Shown here: in pieces, positions 8,299 to 17,361 of the stretch | How the letters are laid out: every line of letters begins with the position of its first letter | Numbering within the stretch: the first letter of the stretch is position 1 | Source of the DNA: a virus | Lineage: Duplodnaviria > Caudoviricetes | Virus record (IMG/VR): IMGVR_UViG_3300023094_000011 | Span: 1-58,202 of that record | Reading direction: 5' to 3' (one strand) | Length of the DNA: 58,202 nucleotides | Notes under the pieces: generated by a model | What the model was told of the DNA's origin: nothing | What the model saw: the letters and a program-made list of their open reading frames with translations, nothing else | Database searches by the model: none | Program-made: the position numbers and the translations under genes

Positions 8299-9071
8299 AC
8301 CTTAACCTCTCCTTCGACTCCACCCGCCAGCAATACCGCGTCAAAGGCGGTCAACCCGGCGCGGGCCAATTCGTCAAGAAAACCGCCGTCCGCGATATCA
8401 TCGATGCCGACCGCGTGGCACAGAAGGAGCGGCTGGGTGGCCATAACGAGCGATTAAAACTCATGGCGCAGCGGTTCAAAGACGGGGTGCTGAGTGAAGA
8501 AGAGTTTCGCGGTGAGGTCGCAATCTGGAACCGACGCCGAAAGCGCGTCATCGCAGCGGCAAACCTCAACTACGCAGCGGCGGGGCGTGGTGGTATCGAG
8601 CAGATGGACAAGTCCGCGTATGGGCGGGCGGGTGCGACCATCAAGTTTCACTACGAAGCTTCAAATGGTTTTGCTGACGACATCATCGAGAACCCCGATA
8701 TTGTTCTGGGTACTGTGGCTGGGAAGATGGATTTTGAGAAGCGTTCCGACATGGCGGTAGATACCGCGCTGTTCTCGTTTCTGAATGAACAAGCCTTGTC
8801 GCACAGTGAGAACGGCTACACCCGATACCGCAACGTGCCGCATTCCCAGGAGTCGTGCCAGAGTTCGAAGACGAAACCAGGGTGTGACGAAATCACAGAG
8901 GTGGATTGGCAAGCTATCAACTCACTCCCTGCGCACGGCACGCGTGCCTGTGGGCCAAAGTGCGAATGTGGATGGGAGTACGACAAAGGTTCTCTGGATG
9001 AGATTGAGCCTTTCGAGTTCGTTGGAATGAAGAGTGTGAGCTTTTACGATCACGCGGCGGGACTTTACTAG
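8295..9071 (+). CDS. MuF-like minor head morphogenesis protein
   Basis: Between portal and protease; C-terminal C...C...PAHGTRACGPKCECGWEY cysteine cluster. Confidence 0.65.
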   Translation: MNLNLSFDSTRQQYRVKGGQPGAGQFVKKTAVRDIIDADRVAQKERLGGHNERLKLMAQRFKDGVLSEEEFRGEVAIWNRRRKRVIAAANLNYAAAGRGGIEQMDKSAYGRAGATIKFHYEASNGFADDIIENPDIVLGTVAGKMDFEKRSDMAVDTALFSFLNEQALSHSENGYTRYRNVPHSQESCQSSKTKPGCDEITEVDWQAINSLPAHGTRACGPKCECGWEYDKGSLDEIEPFEFVGMKSVSFYDHAAGLY

Positions 9072-9073
9072 CC

Positions 9074-9250
9074 ATGAGAACCTCACCACCTCGCACACCC
9101 GCCCAGGAACTCGCCAATAACCTAAAGCGCGTCGCTGGCGTGGCGCAGTCGGGCGACGAGGCGCGTGCACTTAAAATGCTGCGCTCGTTCGGTTTCGTGA
9201 GGCTTAATGAGCGTGATAACCCAAAGTTGCACACACAACAAGGCAACTGA
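9074..9250 (+). CDS. 58-aa hypothetical protein
   Basis: ATG 2 nt after the MuF-like stop, open to TGA at 9250. Confidence 0.45.
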   Translation: MRTSPPRTPAQELANNLKRVAGVAQSGDEARALKMLRSFGFVRLNERDNPKLHTQQGN

Positions 9251-9362
9251 TAAAATAGCAAGTAGGTAGGTCGTGTACAGAGTCCTAGAGGCCATCGATT
9301 CTCGTGAGAGAAAAGAGTTCACGATTTGCTAACTGAATAGCCGTAGCAGTTCCGCTGCTCCC

Positions 9363-9428
9363 GCCCCCTTAGATTTCGCCGCGCACGTAAGACGTGTTCC
9401 GCGAGATGTGAGGGGGCTTTTCGTTTTT
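9363..9428 (+). terminator. Long hairpin plus T-run immediately before the protease start
   Basis: GCCCCCT...AGGGGGC-TTTTCGTTTTT with inner ATTTCGC/GCGAGAT pairing. Confidence 0.55.
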
Positions 9429-9431
9429 GTC

Positions 9432-10757
9432 ATGGATACCCTCATCGCCTTTGGCTCAGCCATCAAAACCCTGTCGGATGATGGGGATACCCTCAAAATC
9501 GGCGGGCACCTCGTGCTGTTCGGTGGCCCCGATGCCCACGACGCGACACCAAACCGGGACTACTTCACAAAGTCCACGGATTTCGACTTGCCAGCGGAAG
9601 GCGGACAGTCCACCGTCTACTACCACCACGGTCTCAACCCGGCGCTTAAAGCCCGTCCTTTGGGGCGTGCAACGCTACGGATTGACGATGCTGGTGTGTG
9701 GATGGAAGCCGAATTGAAGGCTCGTGACGCTTACGAGACGAAGATTCTGGAGATGGTCAGACGTGGGAAGCTAGGTCTGTCCAGTGGTACAGCGGTCCAT
9801 CTCGTGGAACGGGCGGCGAAGTCGAATAGCGATGGCGCCCGTGTGCATGAGATTACACGCTGGCCTCTCGGTTTGGATGCTTCGCTTACCCCGACTCCAG
9901 GTGAGCCCCGCACGATGGCTACCGCCATGAAGATGATCGGTGAGTTGGAAGGTTGGGCGGATGAATTGAACGAAGGCGAACTCAAATTCGACAAGAATCA
10001 ACCGCGTGACGATAACGGGCAGTGGACAGATGGTGGCGGTAGCGGTGGTGGCAGGCCATTCGCCCTTACGACTTCATTTCCAGGTTCTGAATACGAGCGT
10101 CAGCAGCGTGGTGAACACAAAGAGGAAATGTCGAAAGGCGACGCACAGGCAGAGCTGGCCGCCGCGAAAGAAGAGCATAGAAAGGTGCGTGAGGCAAATA
10201 AGGCACACAGGCAGAAGGTAATCCAGCTTTCACTCGATATGCGCACGGGTATAGATCGTCCAGACGGGCAAGCCATTGCCGACGAAAGCATGCGTCTGTA
10301 CAACGCAGAGAACTCCGCGAAGGCACGCCTTAGCATCGCTAAAAACCGCGTCGAACGAATGAAGGGCGAAAAGAAGTATCTAGACAATGATGAATCTGAC
10401 ACTCACGAACTTCCCCTGCTTGATGGGCTGAAGCTCGATGAACACCCCCAAAAGCTGCTTGTTGCCACAGGGGATTTAATAGATCGCTTTGACGGTTGGT
10501 TTTCAAAGCGTGCCGGTGATCGCAATGCGAATTACGTAATGCCTCAAAGCAAAATCGACAGTCTTAAAAGCCTCGCTTCCGGTTTGGAAGAACAGGCCGC
10601 AGAGGCCCGCGCGATTGCGGAGCGTTACGAGTTCAAAGGCGAAGTACAAGGTGAAGCGAAAAGCGAGGAAGAAGCGAAAGCCGATCCCGCCGACGTTTCC
10701 GCAGCAGTTACGGCCTACATTGGCCTTGAAGCCCGTTTAACCGGCGTCGCTGCATAG
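9432..10757 (+). CDS. HK97-type prohead maturation protease with internal cargo insert and scaffold-like C-terminus
   Basis: VYYHHG, DDAGVWMEAEL, GLSSGT, DASLTPTPGEPR; internal FDKNQPRDDNGQWT tag. Confidence 0.9.
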   Translation: MDTLIAFGSAIKTLSDDGDTLKIGGHLVLFGGPDAHDATPNRDYFTKSTDFDLPAEGGQSTVYYHHGLNPALKARPLGRATLRIDDAGVWMEAELKARDAYETKILEMVRRGKLGLSSGTAVHLVERAAKSNSDGARVHEITRWPLGLDASLTPTPGEPRTMATAMKMIGELEGWADELNEGELKFDKNQPRDDNGQWTDGGGSGGGRPFALTTSFPGSEYERQQRGEHKEEMSKGDAQAELAAAKEEHRKVREANKAHRQKVIQLSLDMRTGIDRPDGQAIADESMRLYNAENSAKARLSIAKNRVERMKGEKKYLDNDESDTHELPLLDGLKLDEHPQKLLVATGDLIDRFDGWFSKRAGDRNANYVMPQSKIDSLKSLASGLEEQAAEARAIAERYEFKGEVQGEAKSEEEAKADPADVSAAVTAYIGLEARLTGVAA

Positions 10758-10782
10758 CGCGCCCATCCCAGGAGAATTACTA

Positions 10783-12018
10783 ATGGCAACAGCAACAGAG
10801 TTGAAGTCGCAGCTTGACGTCAAGCGTGGCGAGCTTTCCAATTTCATCAAAACCCACACGAACGCCGATAATAAGCTGGACTTCACCCCAGCTGACATCA
10901 CCGAGTTCAATCAGCGCAACGACGAACTCGCCCCTCTGGTGGATAGCTTCACCGCCGCCGTGAAAGCCGAAGACGCCGTGAAAGCGATGCGTCAGGTAGA
11001 CCGCAGCAATTTGTGGGCACCTCAGGGCGTTGAAGAGCGCGTGCAGGAAATCAAATCGATGGGCCAATTGTTCATCGAATCCAACGAATACAAGGCCAAT
11101 TCGGAAAGCAAGCCCTCCACAACCGGTACATGGAAGGCGGAACTATCCCAGGCGTCGGTTTCTACAACGAGCGCGATTAAAGCCGCTCTCAGCACCACGA
11201 CCGGCACGGTTCCCTACGCCCCGGCACGAAACAACATCGTGCCTTTTGCGACACGCCGCCCGGTCATGCGTGACTTGGTGCCGATGGATGACCCTCATGG
11301 ACAGCTTATTCAGTTCATTCGACAGAACGTGCAAAACTTTGGCGCCGCTGTCGTAGCGGAAGGTGCGGCCAAGCCCGAAACCTCACTGGGAACCGAACGC
11401 GTGGTTTTGCAGGTCGAAGCCATCGCTCACTTCATCAAGGTGACAGATCAGGCCCTGCGATTCATCCCCGGCATTCAGAACTTGATCGATACCAAAGGCG
11501 CTCTGGGCATCCAGTTGGCCGAAGAGTCGATCATGCTCAACTACAATGGCGCGGCTGGCTGGAAAGGCTTCTTGACCCAGACTGGTGTACAGACCGCCGC
11601 GCGCGGCACGCAGGATCAGTTCACCGCATTCCACCAGGGCATGAACCAAGTCCAGTTCACTGGCTTTGCAAACGTCACTGGTGGCGTCATCAACAACAAC
11701 GACTGGCACAAGGCGATCACCACCAAAGACGCCAACGGGCGCTTCATTTACGGCGATCCCTTCGCGACGACGCAGGAAGCACGCATTTGGGGCGTGCCGC
11801 TTGTTGTAACACCAGTAATGACCGAAGGTACCGTTCTCATTGGTGATTTCGTGATGGATAGTAAATGGTGGGTTGCTGGTGGCGTGATCGTCAAGGTTGG
11901 CTATGTCAACGACGATTTAACCTTGAACCAGCAGACCATTGTTGTCGAAGAGTACGGCGCCCTCGAAATTGACCGCCCTGCCTCATTCGTCAAAATGACC
12001 GGATGGGAAACCCTCTAA
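10783..12018 (+). CDS. Major capsid protein, HK97 fold with N-terminal delta domain
   Basis: VAEGAAKPE, KDANGRFI, IWGVPLVVT, IGDF, RPASFVK; RBS AGGAG. Confidence 0.95.
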   Translation: MATATELKSQLDVKRGELSNFIKTHTNADNKLDFTPADITEFNQRNDELAPLVDSFTAAVKAEDAVKAMRQVDRSNLWAPQGVEERVQEIKSMGQLFIESNEYKANSESKPSTTGTWKAELSQASVSTTSAIKAALSTTTGTVPYAPARNNIVPFATRRPVMRDLVPMDDPHGQLIQFIRQNVQNFGAAVVAEGAAKPETSLGTERVVLQVEAIAHFIKVTDQALRFIPGIQNLIDTKGALGIQLAEESIMLNYNGAAGWKGFLTQTGVQTAARGTQDQFTAFHQGMNQVQFTGFANVTGGVINNNDWHKAITTKDANGRFIYGDPFATTQEARIWGVPLVVTPVMTEGTVLIGDFVMDSKWWVAGGVIVKVGYVNDDLTLNQQTIVVEEYGALEIDRPASFVKMTGWETL

Positions 12019-12030
12019 AAAGGAGCTTCG

Positions 12031-12240
12031 ATGCCGACAATCAATAGCAGCAACACGATTCCCGGCGCTTATGGGGCACCTCTGCGATTTGCAGGGGTGC
12101 CCGTCAGCGGCACTTCAGGGACTTACAAAACCGCTGTCACCGGACAGTCGCTGGTCAACACCCTGACCGGCGTTTACTACTCTAACACGTCCACTACGGC
12201 GAACTCGCCAACATGGACCGTCGTTGGTTCGCAGTCATAG
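12031..12240 (+). CDS. Small virion protein (possible head decoration)
   Basis: Thr/Gly-rich; follows capsid; RBS AGGAG. Confidence 0.6.
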   Translation: MPTINSSNTIPGAYGAPLRFAGVPVSGTSGTYKTAVTGQSLVNTLTGVYYSNTSTTANSPTWTVVGSQS

Positions 12241-12248
12241 GAGCAGAA

Positions 12249-12470
12249 ATGCAAGATATGAAATACGTAACGGCCCAAGGCAATGAGTGTGCAGCCGATT
12301 CGCCCGACGTGGCCTATCAGGTCAACCCCAGCGATCCTAAAGCCGAAGAATTTGTTAACTCCCTCAAAGGCTTCATGCCCTCCAGTGTGCTGATATCTGG
12401 CACCACTGGTGCTGCCGGAAGTGCGCCTTTTGCCGAGGCTAAGCCCCCTCTCGCTTCCGCCAAAAAGTAA
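12249..12470 (+). CDS. Hypothetical head-associated protein
   Basis: RBS AGGAG before ATG 12249. Confidence 0.6.
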   Translation: MQDMKYVTAQGNECAADSPDVAYQVNPSDPKAEEFVNSLKGFMPSSVLISGTTGAAGSAPFAEAKPPLASAKK

Positions 12471-13145
12471 ATGCCGCTTCTCTCCTACCCCACTGCCACC
12501 GACGTAGAAGCACTTCTCAAGAGTGCTGGCTACTGGCCCACCGATTCTGGCAAACAGGACTTCGCACGTCTTCAAGCTGAAATCGGCGCGGTGGCGGCAG
12601 TGGATGAGTGGGCGCGCTTGACTGGATGGAATCCGTTCCTAGCTGACAACTTGGCAACAGAGCGGGTTTTTGACGGTGTGGATAGTCGGGGCTTTTTGGA
12701 TTTCGATGGCGCGGCTGTGTCCGTGACCTCGCTTTCCATCAACGGCACCGTGCAAACCTTGAACGAGCAGTACCAGTTGCACCCCCAGAACGCGGCTTCT
12801 CGCAAAGAGGCGATTCGGGGGCTGCAACTGGGTTCAAGGGGCGGCTACTCCAATTTCTATGGCGCAGCAGGGCGGATCGTCGTCACGGCGCGCTGGGGAC
12901 GCGTGGATGCTATTCCCGGCGACGCTTGGCAAGCCATGCAGCAAAAGGCGGCGCTGATTACCCTAACGCAGATTGAGAACCTTCAGTCCGTCGCCTCAAT
13001 TTCCGAAGATGGATTCACGAAAGCCTACGACGTTGTAGGTATCGTGACTCAGAAAGATTTAGCAGCGGGCGGCATGGGTGGCGGTGGTATCTGGGGTAGC
13101 AACTTTGAAAAGATCGCAATTCGTTGGCAGCGGGTGGTTTTGTAA
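12471..13145 (+). CDS. Head-tail adaptor (gp6/gp15-like)
   Basis: YPTATDVEALL start, RIVVTARWG, position in the head-tail module. Confidence 0.7.
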   Translation: MPLLSYPTATDVEALLKSAGYWPTDSGKQDFARLQAEIGAVAAVDEWARLTGWNPFLADNLATERVFDGVDSRGFLDFDGAAVSVTSLSINGTVQTLNEQYQLHPQNAASRKEAIRGLQLGSRGGYSNFYGAAGRIVVTARWGRVDAIPGDAWQAMQQKAALITLTQIENLQSVASISEDGFTKAYDVVGIVTQKDLAAGGMGGGGIWGSNFEKIAIRWQRVVL

Positions 13146-13882
13146 TGGGATTCACCGCTGCTGAACTCAACGCGAGGCCGTGGGGCGATCAGGTCACGCA
13201 AAGCGACCCTCAGGATGCCGAAACGCTCAATGCGGGGGAATACGGCCCCAACCCCTTTTCCATTGGCCTGACGGCTCCCGATTACGCCATTAACCATCTG
13301 AATCACGGTGAGGCTTTCCGTTACTGGGATGCCACACCGCTACCTGATGCGAGTGAGGAATCAAATAGCGATGGGCTTGTATTTACGGAAGTCGCACTAG
13401 GCGGGAATGGTCACGGCTATTTCCACCAGACGGAGCGCGCCGTGATGCTGGAAGGTTGGGGACTGATTCCGAAAGGCTCCACCATGTTCTCGGTGCTGCC
13501 TAGCGTCGTGGAATTCCGTAAGGATGCCCGCGTGCTTCGAACGGCGCAGAGGTGGCGCGGCGTAGCGAACATCAATCGCGGCACTGGCGACACCGATGCT
13601 CTACCAGAGCGGTTCGTATCGCTCATTCAGAAGGTGACTGTCAATGGTTCTTCTGTGGCTTTATCGCATGTTGTGGCGGTGAGTGCCGGTTCCCCTAACG
13701 ACACAGACCGGGGCGGCATCAAATGGCTTTCCAATGCTCCAACTGCTGGCACGCCGTACACGGTGGAATTCAAATACCACCCGCTTTTTGTCTGCTTGTT
13801 GGAATCGCTGCAAGGTGAACCGATTGGAGCAGATGGGGAGCGTTTGCCGCAGCGGGTTTTGCTGCAGAAGGATCGGGATTAA
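13145..13882 (+). CDS. Neck/head-closure protein (putative)
   Basis: TAATG coupling; position. Confidence 0.55.
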   Translation: MGFTAAELNARPWGDQVTQSDPQDAETLNAGEYGPNPFSIGLTAPDYAINHLNHGEAFRYWDATPLPDASEESNSDGLVFTEVALGGNGHGYFHQTERAVMLEGWGLIPKGSTMFSVLPSVVEFRKDARVLRTAQRWRGVANINRGTGDTDALPERFVSLIQKVTVNGSSVALSHVVAVSAGSPNDTDRGGIKWLSNAPTAGTPYTVEFKYHPLFVCLLESLQGEPIGADGERLPQRVLLQKDRD

Positions 13883-13884
13883 GC

Positions 13885-14178
13885 ATGAATGCAATTGAAA
13901 TTATTTACCTTATTTTGGCTGGATTTATTTCAGGTTACGCGCTTGCTTGCGCGAAAGAATCCTCTCGTAAAAGGCGTATTCAAGCCATAAAAAGCGTGGC
14001 GGATGGATGGCCCCAACCGTGGGATGGCGACAGCGACTTCGACCCCTCTTCGGTTTATATGGATAAATACGGAATCATGCAGTCTGCTTTGACATCTCCA
14101 CCATTCAATTCAGATTGCAAAGAGTGGGTGGACAAATTGGCAGAAAAAGACGCGGTCAATTTCTTTTCTGCCAAATGA
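13885..14178 (+). CDS. Small membrane-anchored hypothetical protein
   Basis: N-terminal TM helix; more AT-rich than its flanks. Confidence 0.55.
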   Translation: MNAIEIIYLILAGFISGYALACAKESSRKRRIQAIKSVADGWPQPWDGDSDFDPSSVYMDKYGIMQSALTSPPFNSDCKEWVDKLAEKDAVNFFSAK

Positions 14179-15065
14179 ATATCATGGGAATCAACCCTTA
14201 CGCCACCCTCGCCAACGTCGCGGGCCTTCTCGGTGACAAGGACACAGAAGAGGCCGCGCGCAAGGCTCAGGAAACCCAGAACAAGATCATGGGCGTGGGT
14301 AATCGCGTCGATAGCGCGACGCAGCGCACCTTGCGCACAGCGCAGACTGGCTTCAACCCGCATGCCACTCATGGCGCCATTGCAGGACGTAGTAGCAACT
14401 CACTCCCCGGTATCCGCACCCCGCAAGGAGTGACGGGCCAGGGCGTGAACTTCAAAGAGAAAAAGGACAGCAAAGGCAACCCCATCGCGCCGCCTTTTAT
14501 CGCGCCAGTGGGGTCGCCTTCGATCCGCGTTACAGCCCGCGAAGGCGGGGGAGTCACGACGACGATGCAACGCTTCTCCCTTTATGTGGCCTGGATTTCT
14601 GATGTGGATTGGCGACGCCTTATGCGAGTTGTGCAAAAGATGGTGCGGCGCGCGCAGACGCTTTCCAAAGGGCGATTAAGCCTCAAGGAGCTGCGTAAAC
14701 GCGGCCATCCTTACGGCAAGGGCTCAGTCACCACGTCAGGGCGTAAGCGGCGCGGTCTAGGCACTTTGACACGGCTACGGGGCGTCTCAAACCTCGCGGT
14801 CGCCAACATCCAAAGCGGCGAATTGCAGCGGAGTTGGGAAGGTGACATCGAGCGCGGACGGCTGGGTATCAAGGTTATTCTCGCCAACTTGTCGGAGCAC
14901 GCGGAGTATTTGCTGGGCACAGTCAAGATGCGCGCTCATGGGCCATTCTTGACGGCTGTGCAGCTTTATAAAAATGAGTTCGACCAGTTGTGGCGCGAAG
15001 TCACGAAGCGGGCTTATGCAGCGATGCTGAAGAAACGCGGATTCAAAAGGGCGGGTGCGCGATGA
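14175..15065 (+). CDS. Basic tail-completion protein (HK97 gp10-like C-terminus)
   Basis: SGELQRSW...HAEYLLGTVKMRAHGPFL resembles the gp10 TG.LR.S...A.YLE.GT.KM...PFL pattern. Confidence 0.6.
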   Translation: MNIMGINPYATLANVAGLLGDKDTEEAARKAQETQNKIMGVGNRVDSATQRTLRTAQTGFNPHATHGAIAGRSSNSLPGIRTPQGVTGQGVNFKEKKDSKGNPIAPPFIAPVGSPSIRVTAREGGGVTTTMQRFSLYVAWISDVDWRRLMRVVQKMVRRAQTLSKGRLSLKELRKRGHPYGKGSVTTSGRKRRGLGTLTRLRGVSNLAVANIQSGELQRSWEGDIERGRLGIKVILANLSEHAEYLLGTVKMRAHGPFLTAVQLYKNEFDQLWREVTKRAYAAMLKKRGFKRAGAR

Positions 15066-15607
15066 GAACGCCTGATCCGACAATAGAAACGCTCCAGACC
15101 AATGACCGGCTTATCAACGGTGACATGGGCGCGGCGTGGAATGAGGTGGTGGCGAGGCTTAAAAAGTCACTGCCCGCGTATGTTGTCGCAGAGAATGAGC
15201 GCAAGGGCTGGGAAGGCGGGCGGGCGATGGCTGAGATTACTGACGTTCAAATCGCGCCCACTGATATCACGGACAAGCACAAGAACCTTGCCCTGGTGGT
15301 TTTAAGTGAATCGACAGACATGCAGGGTATTGGCGGCACATTTCGCAACACGTGGCAATGCACCGTCTACATTGTGGGCGACTTGGCCAGGACGGGCCAG
15401 CAGATCATCACGATGACGCGCCGGGGCGAATTGGTGAAGGGCATCATGCTCCATTTCTTGAGCGGTTGCATCGACGCCAATAACGCTCAGGTGTGGCGCT
15501 CCCTGACACCGGGAACGCTCGATTTAGACAACGATCTCGGAGAGAAGATTTCTCTCGTTGCCGTGACCTTTACGCTAGTTCAGCCGCCCGCTTACCAGGG
15601 TGGCTAA
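15062..15607 (+). CDS. Tail terminator (putative)
   Basis: ATGA coupling; position before the tail tube. Confidence 0.55.
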   Translation: MRTPDPTIETLQTNDRLINGDMGAAWNEVVARLKKSLPAYVVAENERKGWEGGRAMAEITDVQIAPTDITDKHKNLALVVLSESTDMQGIGGTFRNTWQCTVYIVGDLARTGQQIITMTRRGELVKGIMLHFLSGCIDANNAQVWRSLTPGTLDLDNDLGEKISLVAVTFTLVQPPAYQGG

Positions 15608-15620
15608 GGAATTTTAAATT

Positions 15621-16592
15621 ATGGCCTCTTTCAACCCCGCCCACGATGCGATAGTCATGTGGGCACTCGATGCAACCCCGCCCACCGAATCGACGAATGG
15701 CAGCACAGCCGCAACCCTTCCCGCTGCTCCCACTCCCTTTGGCGTTCTCGGTTACACCGATTTGCCACAGGGCGCGCGCGGGCTCAACAACTCGCAGGGC
15801 TTTGCCATCGGGCAGCAGGGCGCGGCCTATTTGAAGCGCGGTGCCATCGCGCCATCGCTTCAGGTCACGCTACGCCCCGGCACGATGGATGTGCTGGAAA
15901 ACCTAGTGCCCGACCCCACTACTGGCAAGCTGCCCTATTTGTGCTTGTTCGTAATTGTGAAGGGCGAATACACCAACGTTTTTCGCTACTGCAAGCCTGA
16001 CTCGCTGGCGTTCGATTTCTCGGGCGGTGATGGGCAAGATGGCGAAATCACTATCACAATTCCGTTCCAGGCCATCGCGTTTCAGCGCGCGGCGGCCATC
16101 GTTTTTGACGGGCCCGACCTTCTAGCTTTAGGCGACCCGCTGATGTGGCACGACGTGCGACAATTCAGCGTGGCTAACTCAGCAGGCACAGTTTCCAGCT
16201 ACCGCAAAGGGCTTATATCGCTCCGTGCCGAAATCAATTATGGCCTGGAGCGCAAGAACGTGCGCCCCAACTGGGGAGACGGCGTGGCCCTGTCGCGCAC
16301 CTCCTACGATTTGCTGGAACACCATACCAATGTTTCCGGTGAAATCGGTCTCCATGAACGGATGGCGGAAGCGTTCTTTACTGGAACGGCAAACGCCCAG
16401 AACTGGGGCGATATCGTGATTTGGTGCAGCGACAGCCCGCTTGGACTGGATAACCCCAAAGGCTTCACCCTGACGCTCGTGGACGCGTCGCCTTCAGATG
16501 AATCAATGTCAGGCGGCGAATCGAACTCTGAAATCGACTATTCGGTTCCTTTCACAGCTCGATCATTGGTTTTTGAACTTGACGAGGTATAG
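15621..16592 (+). CDS. Major tail tube protein
   Basis: 323 aa, beta-rich; precedes chaperone and tape measure. Confidence 0.7.
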   Translation: MASFNPAHDAIVMWALDATPPTESTNGSTAATLPAAPTPFGVLGYTDLPQGARGLNNSQGFAIGQQGAAYLKRGAIAPSLQVTLRPGTMDVLENLVPDPTTGKLPYLCLFVIVKGEYTNVFRYCKPDSLAFDFSGGDGQDGEITITIPFQAIAFQRAAAIVFDGPDLLALGDPLMWHDVRQFSVANSAGTVSSYRKGLISLRAEINYGLERKNVRPNWGDGVALSRTSYDLLEHHTNVSGEIGLHERMAEAFFTGTANAQNWGDIVIWCSDSPLGLDNPKGFTLTLVDASPSDESMSGGESNSEIDYSVPFTARSLVFELDEV

Positions 16593-16603
16593 GAATAATT
16601 TTT

Positions 16604-17140
16604 ATGGCAAACCCAAAAGTAACTACGAACACACCTGATGAAGAATTTGACCCCGCTGCTGGGGGAATGGTGCCAGTTGGACCGCGCCGCTCTTTCAAAA
16701 AATCCAGCACGACCGGGCATCACGGCGTTGTAAAAATCGACGGCTTCAGCGTGTGGCACCGTGAGCCCACTGTGGCAGACGTGGATTTACTCACCGAAGC
16801 TGATAATATCTTTAGTTCGGAAATGCAGCGCATTAGTAAGGGAGAATCGCCTGGGCGCGCGCCGCAGACCGGCAAGCCCACTGCACCAAAACTCACGCCG
16901 TCCGAAGCTAAAGAGCAGTCCCTTGCCGCTATTAAAGCGCGTAAGATCGCTTATTATGAGGTTCTTAAAAGCGTCCTGGTTAAATGGAATCTTCCGGACG
17001 ACGCAGAAGGTTCAATTCTTCCCTTCACGCCCGAAGCCATTGACGACCTGCCTTTCACGGCAGCTCACGAGATAGTCAGCAAAATTCAGTTTTCTTCGAC
17101 GATTGGGGGCGATCAGGCCGCTTTTTTAGGCGAAACCTAA
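16604..17140 (+). CDS. Tail assembly chaperone (G)
   Basis: Position; slippery T TTT TTA near the 3' end. Confidence 0.75.
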   Translation: MANPKVTTNTPDEEFDPAAGGMVPVGPRRSFKKSSTTGHHGVVKIDGFSVWHREPTVADVDLLTEADNIFSSEMQRISKGESPGRAPQTGKPTAPKLTPSEAKEQSLAAIKARKIAYYEVLKSVLVKWNLPDDAEGSILPFTPEAIDDLPFTAAHEIVSKIQFSSTIGGDQAAFLGET

Positions 17141-17361
17141 AGAACTGGTCGAAGGGCAAGCGCATTGATTTCCGCGCCTTTCCTGAGCTTGAAGAGCCGT
17201 TTAACGAATTCGTTCTGAATCTAGAGTGGAAGATCGCTTACACCGCAGACGAGTTTGAAGCGAAGGGGCGCAAGTGGCGCGATATTCAAACCATCCTCGT
17301 CGGCTCGTGGTCACTCATTAAATTGCACGCATCCGCGACCGTTGACCTCAAAAAACTCTAA
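17122..17361 (+). CDS. -1 frameshift extension of the tail chaperone (GT)
   Basis: Heptamer TTTTTTA at 17122-17128; -1 frame (RRNLKNWSKGKRIDF...DLKKL) open to TAA at 17361, abutting the TMP ATG. Confidence 0.85.
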   Translation, partial: FFRRNLKNWSKGKRIDFRAFPELEEPFNEFVLNLEWKIAYTADEFEAKGRKWRDIQTILVGSWSLIKLHASATVDLKKL

